This document shows positions 1-11,037 of a DNA stretch of 64,000 bases, one piece after another. Numbering within the stretch: the stretch's first letter is position 1; each line of letters opens with the position of its first letter. The notes beneath the pieces are model-generated. The model did not search any database and had not been told where the DNA came from. It saw only the letters and a list, made by a program, of their open reading frames with translations. The position numbers and the translations under genes were made by a program. Source of the stretch: Trichormus sp. ATA11-4-KO1 (GTDB lineage: Bacteria > Cyanobacteriota > Cyanobacteriia > Cyanobacteriales > Nostocaceae); the NCBI GenBank assembly GCA_019358915.1, contig JAHHIM010000016.1, forward strand, positions 26,007-90,006. The letters are read 5' to 3'.

Positions 1-396
1 ATTGATGCCTTAGGTAGAGTAGGCGCGATCGATCCTGATGGTAAAGTCCACTGGGACATCGTTTCGATGATCGTCTTCTTTGGAATCAGTCTTTATGTCA
101 GCCAATTGCTGTCTGGGCAAAATTCCAGTGGTGGTAACCCACAGCAGGACACAGTTAACAAAATCACTCCGGTTATCTTTTCTGGGATGTTTTTGTTCTT
201 CCCTCTACCGGCTGGCGTGCTGATGTATATGGTGATTGGTAATATTTTCCAGACACTGCAAACCTATATTCTCTCTCGTGAACCTCTACCAGAGGAGCTG
301 CAAAAAATCGTAGCTACCCAAGAGAAAGAAGCAGCAGTAGAACAAAAAACATTACCGTTTGAGCCAAAGAGTTCTAAGAAAAAGACTACAGGTTGA
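1..396 (+). CDS. yidC: Membrane protein insertase YidC, C-terminal part (5' end outside window)
   Basis: Frame is open from base 1; [20 protein letters not shown] last TM motif; yidC-jag synteny. Confidence 0.92.
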   Translation: MDALGRVGAIDPDGKVHWDIVSMIVFFGISLYVSQLLSGQNSSGGNPQQDTVNKITPVIFSGMFLFFPLPAGVLMYMVIGNIFQTLQTYILSREPLPEELQKIVATQEKEAAVEQKTLPFEPKSSKKKTTG

Positions 397-920
397 TGAT
401 GGTTGACAGTTCCATGCAACGAGGGCAGCAGTGGTTAAAAACACTGCTGCAACTAACAGGAATATCTACTGAGATTCAAGGTAATTTAGAAATTGCCCAA
501 CCTCAAGATAATGATTTCCCAGAACCAGATAATTACTGGTTAACAATTGATGAAACCAACCTGACGCCAGAACAAATCCAAGTTTTAATTGGCACTAATG
601 GTTCGGTTTTAGATGCAATTCAATATTTAGCAAATTCGGTGCTAAATCTCAGCCAACCCGAAGAGGGACAAGCTTCTTATACTATTGAGTTGAATGGCTA
701 CCGCGTCAAAAGACAAGCAGAAATTCGGGCAATGGCAGAAGCCGCAGCTGATGAGGTACGCTCTTCTGGTCAAGAAGTGGAAATCAAATCCCTCAGTTCA
801 GCTGAGAGGCGGCAAATCCACACCTTCTTGAAGGAATTTCCAGATTTAGAAACCTTTAGTCGTGGTAAGGAACCGCATCGTCATTTGGTTGTTCGTCCAG
901 CAGCGACGGTTGAATTATGA
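393..920 (+). CDS. Jag/KhpB-type RNA-binding protein (KH + R3H)
   Basis: [15 protein letters not shown] (KH) and [10 protein letters not shown] (R3H); directly downstream of yidC. Confidence 0.88.
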   Translation: MMMVDSSMQRGQQWLKTLLQLTGISTEIQGNLEIAQPQDNDFPEPDNYWLTIDETNLTPEQIQVLIGTNGSVLDAIQYLANSVLNLSQPEEGQASYTIELNGYRVKRQAEIRAMAEAAADEVRSSGQEVEIKSLSSAERRQIHTFLKEFPDLETFSRGKEPHRHLVVRPAATVEL

Positions 921-1033
921 TTAGCTAGCCCAGTACAAAATACTTATTGTTTGCTAAGAGCTAAACTAAAAATGTATTATCAGCAATGCTGCTGATAATT
1001 AACAAAAATTTTTGTGATTATGTCGAACATCCT

Positions 1034-1540
1034 ATGGACGCAATTTTTATTCCGCAGCTAACCAAAGCCCCGGAGCGGACAGAGGAACTTGAAGTTAAAG
1101 AGTTTCTGCCTGGTCTGGAAACCTTAACACCAGTGCGCGGTAATGTCCGAGTGCAGCATCATGGTAATTATTTAGAAGTATCCGGTCAGGCAGAAGCAAT
1201 CGTTACCTGTACCTGCAACCGTTGCTTGCAGCAATATAATCATCGTTTGGTGGTGAATACCAAAGAAGTTATTTGGTTAGACGAAGCGGCTAATGAAATA
1301 CAAGACTTGCCCTTAGAAAGGGAAGTAGTGATGGAAGATTTGGTGGAAACCTTATCACCCGATGGTTATTTTTATCCTAGTGAATGGTTGTATGAGCAGA
1401 TGTGTTTAGCATTTCCGCAGCGACAGCTTTGTGACCTCAATTGTCCAGGTATTTTGAGCAGTGATGCTGATAGTTCAGACAAGCCGATTGATAGTCGTTG
1501 GGCTTCATTGGAAGCGTTGAAAAAGCAACTTCCGGGATAG
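1034..1540 (+). CDS. YceD/DUF177 family metal-binding protein
   Basis: CNRC and CxxxCPG motifs, C-terminal IDSRWASL; start set to ATG 1034. Confidence 0.88.
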   Translation: MDAIFIPQLTKAPERTEELEVKEFLPGLETLTPVRGNVRVQHHGNYLEVSGQAEAIVTCTCNRCLQQYNHRLVVNTKEVIWLDEAANEIQDLPLEREVVMEDLVETLSPDGYFYPSEWLYEQMCLAFPQRQLCDLNCPGILSSDADSSDKPIDSRWASLEALKKQLPG

Positions 1541-1685
1541 AGACTGCATTTTATTCATCCACAGGCTAACTACGTTGTACACATCAGTGCGACATTCAAT
1601 TCCACGTTATATAAACATAATGTGGAATTGATGCCGACAGGATAGTGTTGTAAATCATTATTGAATTCAAACGTGAGGTTGAAGA

Positions 1686-2411
1686 ATGAAAAGGTATGCA
1701 AAGTTTCAAGGAGTATGTTGTTATTGGCTAGCAAAAGCCACCCGCCACAGTTTAATTTTGCTGCTGAGTACCATTTTGCTGTCTGAGTCAGTGGGAGCCA
1801 CACTAAAAAATCGAGTGTTCCAAATAGCACAAGAGCCAGATAGCGCACAACAATATGCCAATGGAGCTATTGTGTCTAAAATGCAGGGCAATATCTACGA
1901 CTCATTAGGAGAAAAGCAACAAGCCCTCTCATACTACAACCAAGCCATCTCGTACTACAACCAAGCCCTACTCCTACACCGTGCGGTAGGGGACAAAGGG
2001 GGAGAAGCCACCACCCTCTTTGGTATTGGCAGTGTCTACGACTTATTAGGAGAAAAGCAACAAGCCATCTCGTACTACAACCAAGCCCTACCCTTACACC
2101 GTGCGGTAGGGGACAAAGGGGGAGAAGCCACCACCCTCTTTGGTATTGGCAGTGTCTACGACTTATTAGGAGAAAAGCAACAAGCCATCTCGTACTACAA
2201 CCAAGCCCTACCCTTACACCGTGCGGTAGGGGACAAAGGAATGGAAGCCATCACTCTCCTTAGTATTGGTGCTGCCTCCGAATCATTAGGAGAAAAGCAA
2301 CAAGCTCTCTCATACTACAACCAAGCTCTAACCCTATTCCGTGCGGTGGGGGACAAGAGGGGGGAAGCCACCACCCTTAGATTTATTGGCACTCGTGATT
2401 TAAAAAAATGA
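1686..2411 (+). CDS. Tetratricopeptide-repeat protein with signal-peptide-like N-terminus; appears truncated (no CHAT domain)
   Basis: Repeated LGEKQQAxSYYNQAL...GDKxGEAxTL units; ORF stops part-way through a repeat. Confidence 0.8.
   Translation: MKRYAKFQGVCCYWLAKATRHSLILLLSTILLSESVGATLKNRVFQIAQEPDSAQQYANGAIVSKMQGNIYDSLGEKQQALSYYNQAISYYNQALLLHRAVGDKGGEATTLFGIGSVYDLLGEKQQAISYYNQALPLHRAVGDKGGEATTLFGIGSVYDLLGEKQQAISYYNQALPLHRAVGDKGMEAITLLSIGAASESLGEKQQALSYYNQALTLFRAVGDKRGEATTLRFIGTRDLKK
1905..2390 (+). repeat. Tandem 120-bp (40-aa) TPR-coding repeats, about 4 units
   Basis: Lines starting 1981/2101 and 2041/2161 are identical; 2221 and 2341 are diverged copies. Confidence 0.95.
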
Positions 2412-2584
2412 TTTTAGTTTGGTCAATAATAGTTAGACTGGAAATTAAATATTACTGATTGACGACGTAAAGTACATCAGCCGAATATCCGAAAAACAGG
2501 TCTGCTATTTAAGAGTTAAAAATTTATTAATTATCTGAAAAATCTTCGTTATCCCTTTATTATAAAGCCATTATTAATAGAGTT

Positions 2585-2632
2585 TATAGCGTTTCCTAGT
2601 CTGCTGAGGTACAAATTTATCTGCGTCTATCC
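2585..2632. mobile_element. Solo end of a TATAGC...AGGTACA-type MITE
   Basis: tatagcgtttcctagtctgctgaggtacaaatt closely matches the reverse complement of 62007-62039. Confidence 0.7.
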
Positions 2633-2647
2633 TCTTATGAAAAAATC

Positions 2648-2887
2648 TTGTTCATTGAACCAGGAACTAGCCCATTCATTGTACATTATTTTGAATATGC
2701 AACAAGTACAAAGAAAACTTTGCTAATAGATATCAATGAATTTTGCACAGACGTTATTTCAGCAACTAAAGAATGGCTTGAGAAAGTTAAAGGTACTGAA
2801 CCGTATGAGAGCAATTATAAAAAATTTGTTATAAGATATCCTGATGGTTATCCGCCTATCGTATCAGGATGCCCAGTAATAGGCTAA
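2648..2887 (+). pseudogene. Probable C-terminal fragment of a hypothetical protein
   Basis: 79-aa ORF with TTG start immediately after a MITE end; AT-rich; no recognised family. Confidence 0.35.
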
Positions 2888-3353
2888 TTAAAACGATGAG
2901 AGATGAATCCTCCTAGCTTCAGGCATATTTTAGTTGCCAAATTTATTGAAAGCCAGTTATATGAACAAATATAATGCTTAAATTTACCTTGTCTGTGCTT
3001 TTGAGAGGCTGGTATGAGAATGGGATGGCGTAAGTTGAGGCTGGCGGATTTATATGTGGTAACAGTTTACTTTAACCTCTCACAGATGATCTAAGTTTAA
3101 GTTTCTGCTGATTCTGCCTTGCAATCATTCAACTTAGCTACAAAAGCTATTTGATATATTTTTTACGCGCTATCTTTCAGCAAAATTAGCACAAACCGAA
3201 AGCGAAAACTGACGTGTCTGGTCAGTTAGTGAACAATGCTCTTCTACCGGAAACTTTTTAGATTGCATCAAAAGCCAATTTATAAACCTCTAAATTCTTG
3301 TGGTCTTGAATAACTTTTGTACCCATCTTCCCTGTCTCTCCTATCTCCCCACC

Positions 3354-4139
3354 TCAAGACCCTGTTGGCACTGCTTGTGGTTGTAAATAGCAAATCAAAT
3401 CCTGAATACCTTTTTGCAAATACCGCGTTACTGTCATGGGACTAGTACCAATATTCTTAGCAGCATCTTTGCGAGAAAGTTCCTTTAAAAACACCATCTC
3501 AACTGCCATGCGGGGCTTGTCTTCTAACATACTAATTGCCCCTTGGAGTTGTTGTCGTTCTTCGTCTTGTTGTTGAAGGGCTGTAGAACGAGGACAAGGA
3601 AGCGCCTCACCCAAAGTTATTTGGCAATCAACATAATGAACTGCGGTAGCATCTAAACTCAAAGGCATCCGATTTTGAGCTGCTAACTTAGTTTCTTGCC
3701 ATTCTTGTACAGAAACTTTTAGTTGTTCAGCAATTTCTGAATCTTTGGGAGAGCGCCCCAAAGAAATTGCTAATTCTTTACGAATTCTTTGCCCTTCATT
3801 GTATAGTTCTTGCCAACGACGGGGAATTTTTAATAGAGTACTGCGATCGCGTAGAAAGTGCAGCATCTCACCCCGAATGTAAGGCACAGCAAAGGAACTA
3901 AAAGCATATCCTTGACTAGGATCGAAGCGTTCAATGGCTCTAATTAAACCAAAATAACCGATTTGTTCTAAATCTTCATAAGGTTCATTACACTGATGGC
4001 TAAACTTATGCGCCATCTTGCGGACTAAGCCAGTATGTAACTGTACGAGTTGATTACGAAGTTTAATAGAGGGATTTTGGTGGTATGAGTGCAATAACTC
4101 CATACCATCAATTCGCATAGAGGACTCACCTGTTGTCAT
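3354..4139 (-). CDS. Group 3 RNA polymerase sigma factor, SigF/SigB family (possibly the Nostocales SigJ paralogue)
   Basis: DLEQIGYFGLIRAIERFDP...FSSFAVPYIRGE region 2 and region 4 HTH. Confidence 0.9.
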   Translation of the reverse strand: MTTGESSMRIDGMELLHSYHQNPSIKLRNQLVQLHTGLVRKMAHKFSHQCNEPYEDLEQIGYFGLIRAIERFDPSQGYAFSSFAVPYIRGEMLHFLRDRSTLLKIPRRWQELYNEGQRIRKELAISLGRSPKDSEIAEQLKVSVQEWQETKLAAQNRMPLSLDATAVHYVDCQITLGEALPCPRSTALQQQDEERQQLQGAISMLEDKPRMAVEMVFLKELSRKDAAKNIGTSPMTVTRYLQKGIQDLICYLQPQAVPTGS

Positions 4140-4693
4140 ATAGAAATTCCTTTTTAGTAACTCCTTTTTCTAAAAAAATGGAGTTGCGTATATTGCCTTC
4201 AAATCTGTCATTATTTTCCTTAGTCAGCGCTGAATAAACCATCGTCGTTTCACTGAACTTATAAAAGTACCTACTTAGCTATTAAGTATTTATACGCATG
4301 ATTTTGTACTTCTATCTGTTGTCAGTTATTTTTGTTTTGCAAATAGTAATTGAACACTAAAAAATGTTTAGTTTTGGCAAAAAGGCCTAGCTATTTATGC
4401 TGAAAAATGCCTGACTTACCCAATCACTATCTTTCCTGCTGAAAGAAACACAAATTGACCAAATATTTACTAATTCGTAATGCGGAGGGTACAAGCCCCC
4501 GCCAAAATCCTAGATTTAATTGTCTACCCTTCGGGAATGGCTATCGCCGAACAATCACTCTTTCTGAGTGCTGAGTAGAAAATACTAGTCCCTATTTTCA
4601 TTGGTTCAGGTATACGCAGTGCATAACAGCTACTTACCATCAGTATTTCCGGTAAAATCAAGACCTAGAGATTTTGGATAGGGGGATACAGGA

Positions 4694-5413
4694 GTGCCTA
4701 CACTCGGTGTTAACATTGACCATATCGCCACCATCCGGCAAGCGCGGCGGACGGTAGAACCAGACCCCGTAGCGGCGGCGGTTCTGGCAGAATTAGCAGG
4801 TGCAGATGGAATTACGGTGCATCTGCGAGAAGACCGACGGCATATCCAAGACCGGGATGTGCGACTATTGCGGCAAACAGTGCGATCGCACCTAAACTTA
4901 GAAATGGCTGCTACAGATGAAATGTTGGCAATAGCCCTCGACATCAAACCCGATTACGTGACTTTAGTCCCGGAAAAACGCGAAGAAGTCACCACAGAAG
5001 GCGGATTAGATATCGTCGGGCAAATTGCTAGAATAGGTGGGATAGTTGATAAGTTGCAAAGCGCTGGTATTCCAGTGAGTTTGTTTATTGATGCCGAACC
5101 TGTACAAATCGAAGCATCTGTCAAGGTGCAGGCGCAATTTATAGAACTGCACACCGGGCAATATGCTGAGGCTAAAGACGAAAAAAATCGCCAGCAAGAA
5201 TTAGCCATATTAGCTAAAGGATGTGAGCAAGCGATTAAAGCTGGATTACGTGTCAATGCTGGTCATGGACTTACCTACTGGAACGTTTATCCAGTAGCTG
5301 CTCTTCTAGGCATGGAAGAATTGAACATTGGTCACACCATTATCAGTCGAGCAGCATTAGTAGGAATAGAACGAGCAGTCCGCGAAATGAAACAAGCAAT
5401 ACAAATTCAGTAG
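4694..5413 (+). CDS. pdxJ: Pyridoxine 5'-phosphate synthase
   Basis: [37 protein letters not shown] motifs. Confidence 0.97.
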   Translation: MPTLGVNIDHIATIRQARRTVEPDPVAAAVLAELAGADGITVHLREDRRHIQDRDVRLLRQTVRSHLNLEMAATDEMLAIALDIKPDYVTLVPEKREEVTTEGGLDIVGQIARIGGIVDKLQSAGIPVSLFIDAEPVQIEASVKVQAQFIELHTGQYAEAKDEKNRQQELAILAKGCEQAIKAGLRVNAGHGLTYWNVYPVAALLGMEELNIGHTIISRAALVGIERAVREMKQAIQIQ

Positions 5414-5468
5414 TATTGAGTGCTAAGTCAAGATATGTTTTTGCCACTACTGACTCTGACTTCTCTTA

Positions 5469-5552
5469 CCACTCAGCACTCAGCACTCAGACGTTCGGCG
5501 AAGCTACTTCGACAAGGCTCAGTACAAGTCAGTCGAGCCGCACTCAGCACTT
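5469..5552. repeat. CACTCAG heptamer tandem repeat interrupted by nested small dispersed repeats
   Basis: cactcag x3, then gacgttcggcgaagct[acttcgacaaggctcagtacaagt]cagtcgagccg, then cactcagcac. Confidence 0.7.
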
Positions 5553-5616
5553 TTAGAGAGGGGTTGTAACTGCGAAATCCAAAAATTTGGAGTTATATTT
5601 TTGAGCAAAGACCTCT

Positions 5617-6396
5617 ATGACCTCAACACAGTCTAACAACCTGCCTCTTTGGGTACAGCACAGAGACAAAGTTCTCGAACAAAGTACCGATATCGAATGG
5701 CGCTATGGCAAGTTTCCCGACTATACCCGCTCAAACGAAAATCTCGCCAAAGAAAGTACGCGCAATCACCCAGAGAATTCACTAGAAGCGATCGTGCAAA
5801 ACTTGGTGAGAACTTTTGATGTAGAAGCTAACTTTAAAACCAATCCCCAGCAGTGGGTGTCTGTTGTCAATGAACAATTCCGTATGAGTACCAATGGCGG
5901 CCCTAGCTACACAGTAGCAGATGTGGTAAAGTCAGGGACTTACAAACTCTTGATCGGCAATACAGAACATTACAAGGCTGCTGAGGAAAACTTTGAAACA
6001 TCTACAAATCTCTTCCATACAGCATTTCCTGAGGGATTTCTGTGGGAAGTACTGGAGGTATTCTCAGGGCCACCAACCATTGCGTTTAAGTGGCGGCATT
6101 GGGGACATTTTAATGGTGCATACAAAGACTATGCACCAACAGGGGAGACAGTGGAAGTTATCGGTATGAGCATTGCTTGTGTCACCGATGACTTAAAAAT
6201 TCTTTCCTTAGAACACTATTACGACAACACCAAGTTCTTAGACAAGCTAACAGCAGGACAAAAACCAGAAACTGGAAAATCACAGAAACAAACAACATTG
6301 TGGAGTTTTTTCCAACAGTTTTGGCACTGGGAAGCAAAACCAAGAACTGGCGCACCTAAAGCCAGTGCTTGTCCCTTTAGTGCTTTGACCAGGTAA
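5617..6396 (+). CDS. SnoaL-like / pathogenesis-related family protein
   Basis: GFLWEVLEVFSGPPTIAFKWRHWG motif of NTF2-fold PR-like proteins. Confidence 0.75.
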   Translation: MTSTQSNNLPLWVQHRDKVLEQSTDIEWRYGKFPDYTRSNENLAKESTRNHPENSLEAIVQNLVRTFDVEANFKTNPQQWVSVVNEQFRMSTNGGPSYTVADVVKSGTYKLLIGNTEHYKAAEENFETSTNLFHTAFPEGFLWEVLEVFSGPPTIAFKWRHWGHFNGAYKDYAPTGETVEVIGMSIACVTDDLKILSLEHYYDNTKFLDKLTAGQKPETGKSQKQTTLWSFFQQFWHWEAKPRTGAPKASACPFSALTR

Positions 6397-6476
6397 TTCC
6401 GCTTTAATTATTTTTTAGGGGTACAGGATGCAGCCCTGTGCCCTTAAATTCTTCAATAAGCAACCCAAGGATGAAA

Positions 6477-6806
6477 ATGCAAACATATTATTACGTTTTG
6501 GCAAGTCAAAATTTCCTGACTCAAGAAGAACCAATAGACGAAGTGCTAAAAGAACGGACTCGATACTACCACGAACAAGAAAAGGAAATTGATTTTTGGT
6601 TAGTGAAGCAGCCAGCTTTCCTCGAAGCACCTGAGATGACAGAAGTAAAAACAAAATGTCCCAAACCAGCAGCCGCAATTATTTCCACCAATCCCCAATT
6701 TATTACCTGGCTAAAACTGCGATTAGAATACGTGATTACAGGGGAATTTCAGGCTCCTTCGGAGACAATCCCTAATCCTTTGGCATCTCTGACTTCAGTG
6801 TCTTAA
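6477..6806 (+). CDS. ycf54: Ycf54, Mg-protoporphyrin monomethyl ester cyclase accessory protein
   Basis: YYYVLAS..FL..EEP..EVLKER, DFWLV.QPAFL, FITWLKLRL. Confidence 0.92.
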   Translation: MQTYYYVLASQNFLTQEEPIDEVLKERTRYYHEQEKEIDFWLVKQPAFLEAPEMTEVKTKCPKPAAAIISTNPQFITWLKLRLEYVITGEFQAPSETIPNPLASLTSVS

Positions 6807-6950
6807 TATACTCTTGTACTCTTTGCAGTTGCCCTCCTAGGGAAATGGGAAACTTCGCCAGTGAGGACAATTCAGGGCAGGTCTTGTACCTGCCTTAAAA
6901 TTAGGGGAACAAAAAGTGTTTCTGGGAAATCTTTGAAGAAAATTCAGTTT

Positions 6951-7619
6951 ATGCGTCCCAATTCTGTGCCGAAATTCGATACCTTATCCAGTGTATTAGC
7001 ACTAGCAGCAACAGGCTTGATAGGTAGCATGACCTCTGTCACCGCCCAACAAAGTGTTCCCGTTTGTCAACCACCCAGACCTGGGGAATATCTTTTGCTG
7101 GTAGTCAGTCCCACCGCCAATAGTCAAAAGCAGCTGCGTAGTGCCTTACCGAATGAAATTGCCACTATGACCTGCCAATATCTCACTGATACAGTGACAC
7201 GGATAGGGGGCTTTAACAACATTGATGATGCCAATCGTTGGGCAAGATATGTGAACAATATTGTCGGGTTGTCTGCCATTATCACTACACGACCGACAAC
7301 ATCAGATGTTGCGCAAATTCCATCTCAGCCTCAATCTCAAACTCAGACAATTAGCTATAATCCCCAAGTACTAGGGGATGGTTATGCTGTATTGGTCGAT
7401 TATTTTAATCGTCCGGAACTGGTAAATAGCGTGCAACAAGTAGTTGGCGGTAACATAGGCTTTGCTTCCTACCGACAACGCCCTTTCTTGCTGGCAGTTC
7501 ACACTGGTAACCAACAAGAAGCGTACAGCACATTGCAAAAGCTCAACGATCGCGGTTTTTTTGCTGTCCTAGTAGATAGTAGTAAGGTGATGTTACTGCG
7601 ATCAGCCGTGCGTTTATAA
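6951..7619 (+). CDS. Conserved exported hypothetical protein
   Basis: Signal-peptide-like N-terminus; CQPP..GEYLLLV motif recalled from cyanobacterial hypotheticals. Confidence 0.7.
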   Translation: MRPNSVPKFDTLSSVLALAATGLIGSMTSVTAQQSVPVCQPPRPGEYLLLVVSPTANSQKQLRSALPNEIATMTCQYLTDTVTRIGGFNNIDDANRWARYVNNIVGLSAIITTRPTTSDVAQIPSQPQSQTQTISYNPQVLGDGYAVLVDYFNRPELVNSVQQVVGGNIGFASYRQRPFLLAVHTGNQQEAYSTLQKLNDRGFFAVLVDSSKVMLLRSAVRL

Positions 7620-7620
7620 A

Positions 7621-8076
7621 CTAGTAAGCAGACCGAGCTAACCAATAGATAGTTATGCCCAAAGCCGAACCAGCTATTACCTGGACTGGTGTATGCCCTA
7701 GTAATTCCTTGAGACGGTCTTGGCTAAAGTCTGGTTTTTCGTGGAATAATTCATCAATCATTTGATTAAGAATCCGAGCTTGCTTACCAGCAGCTTGGCG
7801 AACTCCGGCGGCATCATACATGACGATGATGGCAAAAACCGTAGCCAAAGCAAACTCAGGTGAAGCCCAACCAAGACTTTGCCCGACACCAGCTGCTAGA
7901 GCCGTTACCAAAGCTGAGTGGGCACTGGGCATACCTCCAGTTGTGACTAATACCCGCACATTCAGTTTACGATTTTTGACCAGCTCGACTACGAGCTTCA
8001 ATCCTTGAGCAATTAAACAAGCTACCAGAGCAACCAGCAGCACCCGATTGTCTAAAATGTCGCCTATGTCCTGCAT
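7621..8076 (-). CDS. Divergent PAP2 family (DUF212) membrane protein
   Basis: GGMPSAHSA, VMYDAAGVR, LLGHTP motifs; follows crtE. Confidence 0.92.
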   Translation of the reverse strand: MQDIGDILDNRVLLVALVACLIAQGLKLVVELVKNRKLNVRVLVTTGGMPSAHSALVTALAAGVGQSLGWASPEFALATVFAIIVMYDAAGVRQAAGKQARILNQMIDELFHEKPDFSQDRLKELLGHTPVQVIAGSALGITIYWLARSAY

Positions 8077-8167
8077 GGTATTTTGGTTCGGTTAGTAAAT
8101 ATTAGCAGCAGTTCTTTTTCGAGGAAACATTTCGATGCAACCCAAAATCCCCAATCCAAAAATTAAC

Positions 8168-9097
8168 TTAGTGATTGCGACTAGTGATATAGTGAGCGAT
8201 CGCCTGGAGTGGCTTTGCCGATTCCCCAAATGTTGCCAATTCCTGACAGGCTGCTGCAATTAGTTGTTGGGCTTTAGAACGTGATTCTTCAATGCCCCAA
8301 AGGCTGGGATAGGTGACTTTCTTTGCTTTTAGGTCTTTACCAGCAGTTTTACCTAATTGTTCTTGGGTAGCAGTGATGTCCAAAATATCATCAATGATCT
8401 GAAATGCCAGTCCAATATTTTGTGAATAGCGAGAAAGTCTTTGCACATCTTCAGATGAGGCTCCTGCTACAATTCCCCCACAAACAACACAAGCTTCTAA
8501 AAGTGCAGCTGTTTTGTGGTTATGAATAAAATTCAACGTTTCTAGAGAAATATCGGACTTACCTTCCGAGTCTAAATCAACCACTTGACCACCGACTAAA
8601 CCAGCAGCCCCTAATGCTTTTCCGAGACGGACAATCACCTGCACAACTCTATCTCTAGATACGTTTTCAGGGGTTTGAGTGGCAACAAACTCAAAAGCAT
8701 AAGCCAACAAGCCATCACCAGCCAAAATCGCGATATTTTCACCATAAACCTTATGATTTGTCAACTTACCCCGACGATAATCATCATTATCCATTGCTGG
8801 TAGGTCGTCGTGAATTAGTGACATTGTATGGATCATCTCCACAGCACAAGCTGTTGGCATAGCCATTTCCATTGTGCCACCCATCATTTCACAAGTAGCC
8901 AGACAGAGAATGGGACGCAGACGCTTCCCTCCAGCTAATAGCGAGTAACGCATTGATTCGTAAATCTTCTCTGGATAAATGATAGGAATAGCCTGATCCA
9001 GGGCAGTTTCACAAAGCTTTTGTCGCTCTTTGAGATAAGCTGCCAGGTTAAAAGTGGCGTCCTCTGGCATCTTCTGAAGGTTATCAGCTGCTACCAT
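8168..9097 (-). CDS. crtE: Geranylgeranyl diphosphate synthase
   Basis: [33 protein letters not shown]. Confidence 0.93.
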   Translation of the reverse strand: MVAADNLQKMPEDATFNLAAYLKERQKLCETALDQAIPIIYPEKIYESMRYSLLAGGKRLRPILCLATCEMMGGTMEMAMPTACAVEMIHTMSLIHDDLPAMDNDDYRRGKLTNHKVYGENIAILAGDGLLAYAFEFVATQTPENVSRDRVVQVIVRLGKALGAAGLVGGQVVDLDSEGKSDISLETLNFIHNHKTAALLEACVVCGGIVAGASSEDVQRLSRYSQNIGLAFQIIDDILDITATQEQLGKTAGKDLKAKKVTYPSLWGIEESRSKAQQLIAAACQELATFGESAKPLQAIAHYITSRNH

Positions 9098-9139
9098 TCT
9101 TCAATTCCTTAAATTTTCGGCTTTTGGCGGTTTGTCATA

Positions 9140-9168
9140 TATAGCCGTAGTCACATAAGCTAAGACAG
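9140..9168. repeat. Solo MITE-like end, matching 24026-24054 in reverse complement
   Basis: tatagccgtagtcacataagctaagacag versus tatagccgtagtcacataggtgaggacag. Confidence 0.6.
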
Positions 9169-9371
9169 TATTGATGCAAGAGAGGCATGAAGCAACTGAG
9201 TTGATACTCAGCACTCAGCACGGGCTATAAGCGCAGCCATGCCCGCAGGGCTTTACAGCACTCAGCACTTTGCTATACGTCACAATTTTAAAGGGCTTTG
9301 GTACTCAAAAAGTTATGAGTGAGGAGTTAAAAATTAAAAATTAAAAATTAAAAATTAATAACTCACAACTG

Positions 9372-9493
9372 ACGCCTGATGTGAATTAGAAACGTCTCTT
9401 ATCCCATAAGGGTTTCTAGATTCGCCTAAAATAATCGTTTTGCGACTATCTACGAAATTACAAGGGTTTCAAGACTTAATTCACATTAAACGT
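9372..9493. mobile_element. 122-bp MITE with imperfect terminal inverted repeats and a 5-bp target duplication
   Basis: acgcctgatgtgaattag ... cttaattcacattaaacgt, flanked by AACTG on both sides. Confidence 0.75.
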
Positions 9494-9505
9494 AACTGAT
9501 AACTT

Positions 9506-10384
9506 CTAACTACCTGTTGCCTTTAAATAGCTGGTTACTGTATTTTGCAGCAAAATGGCCACTGTCATAGGGCCAACACCACCAGGAACTGGGGTGATAA
9601 ATTCCGCTACACCAGCAGTTGATTCCCCGTGGACATCGCCGACTAAGCGACTATTGCCACTAGCATCTGTGACACGGTTCATCCCCACATCTACCACAAC
9701 AGCGCCTGGTTTTACCATTTGGGCAGTAATTAATCCTGGACGACCAACGGCGGCAATTAGAATATCAGCATTCTTAGTGATAGTACTCAGGTCTAGCGAT
9801 CGCGAGTGAGAAATGGTTACAGTAGCATCAGCTTCTAGTAACATCAATGCCATTGGTTTACCCACCAAAATACTGCGTCCTACTACCACAGCTTGTTTTC
9901 CCTGCAAGGGAATTTCATACTCCTGCAACAGCCGCATCACACCCGCCGGCGTGCAACTGCGTAAACCTGCTTCTCCCCGTACTAGCCGCCCCAAGTTAAC
10001 TGGATGCAGTCCGTCGGCATCTTTATCTGGATTTATTTTATTGAGTAGGGCGACAGCATCCAAGTGGTGAGGTAGGGGTAACTGCACGAGAATACCATCT
10101 ACCCGTTCATCTTGATTAAGTGCCGCAATTACTTCCTCTAGTTCCTCTTGGGTGGTTTCCGTGGGAAAATGCCTACCAAAAGAGGTAATACCGACTTTAG
10201 CGCAGGCTCGTTCTTTATTGCGTACATAAGCAGCCGAAGCTGGGTTATCGCCCACCATCAGTACAGCTAAACCAGGCGATCGTCCAATTTTTGCTTGTGA
10301 TTCTGTAGTGAGAGCAGAAAGTTCTTGATGAATTTTTTCAGCTAAAGCTTTACCATCGAGAAGTTTGGCTATTTTTGTTTCCAT
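9506..10384 (-). CDS. folD: Bifunctional methylenetetrahydrofolate dehydrogenase/cyclohydrolase
   Basis: [34 protein letters not shown]. Confidence 0.96.
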   Translation of the reverse strand: METKIAKLLDGKALAEKIHQELSALTTESQAKIGRSPGLAVLMVGDNPASAAYVRNKERACAKVGITSFGRHFPTETTQEELEEVIAALNQDERVDGILVQLPLPHHLDAVALLNKINPDKDADGLHPVNLGRLVRGEAGLRSCTPAGVMRLLQEYEIPLQGKQAVVVGRSILVGKPMALMLLEADATVTISHSRSLDLSTITKNADILIAAVGRPGLITAQMVKPGAVVVDVGMNRVTDASGNSRLVGDVHGESTAGVAEFITPVPGGVGPMTVAILLQNTVTSYLKATGS

Positions 10385-10607
10385 GAGAATCCCCAGAAGA
10401 CTCACCTTGAGTCTAAATTTCAGTTATTTGTAGCCAAGTCAACAGTTACAAATAACTTTTGCCTATTGACTATTATGGTGTTGCTGTTTAGTGCCGTAGC
10501 GTTTCTCCAACCACAAGACCATACTCATACTGTTTATCTTCTCATAAGGGGAATAGAGAATAGGTAAGAATCTTCCTTGTCCCCTTTGTTGTCAAAAAAT
10601 ATAAATT

Positions 10608-11006
10608 ATGAAAACAAAAAATTTTGATTTTTGTACCGTTATTCCTTACCGCCTGGGAATTACATTGTTACTTGTCGTGGGACTTTATGGTTGTGGTTTC
10701 TTAACAACGCCTAGCTTAAAAGCTAGTAACTTAAGCATCGGTAGCAATGTCACCCCGATTCGGGAAATTAAACCAGAAACAGACAAGCAGGCTACAGTTT
10801 ATATCCAAGGTAAGGTAGAAAAGCAAGTTCCTCTAGTGAAGCAGTGGGCATATCAAATTAACGACTCAACTGGCAAAATTTGGGTTGTTACCAATCAACC
10901 TAATCTCAAAGAGGGGCAACAAGTGGTAATTAAAGGCCAAGTTCGCTTCCAGAGTATTCCTTTAGCTGGCCAAGAATTTGGGGAAGTTTACATAGAAGAA
11001 AAATAA
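10608..11006 (+). CDS. OB-fold lipoprotein-like hypothetical protein
   Basis: LYGC lipobox-like segment; VYIQGKV...YQINDSTGKIWV...V.IKG OB-fold pattern. Confidence 0.7.
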   Translation: MKTKNFDFCTVIPYRLGITLLLVVGLYGCGFLTTPSLKASNLSIGSNVTPIREIKPETDKQATVYIQGKVEKQVPLVKQWAYQINDSTGKIWVVTNQPNLKEGQQVVIKGQVRFQSIPLAGQEFGEVYIEEK

Positions 11007-11037
11007 TATTTCTTAATATATAACTAAGTAAAAATTT

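Noticed and set aside
1594..1636. Hairpin caattccac...gtggaattg as an ncRNA
   Set aside because: Single stem with no family features; more likely a terminator or processing stem after yceD
1905..2390. TPR repeats as a diversity-generating-retroelement target or a CRISPR-like array
   Set aside because: Differences between units are not limited to adenine positions, no reverse transcriptase or template repeat is in the window, and the units are contiguous coding repeats without spacers
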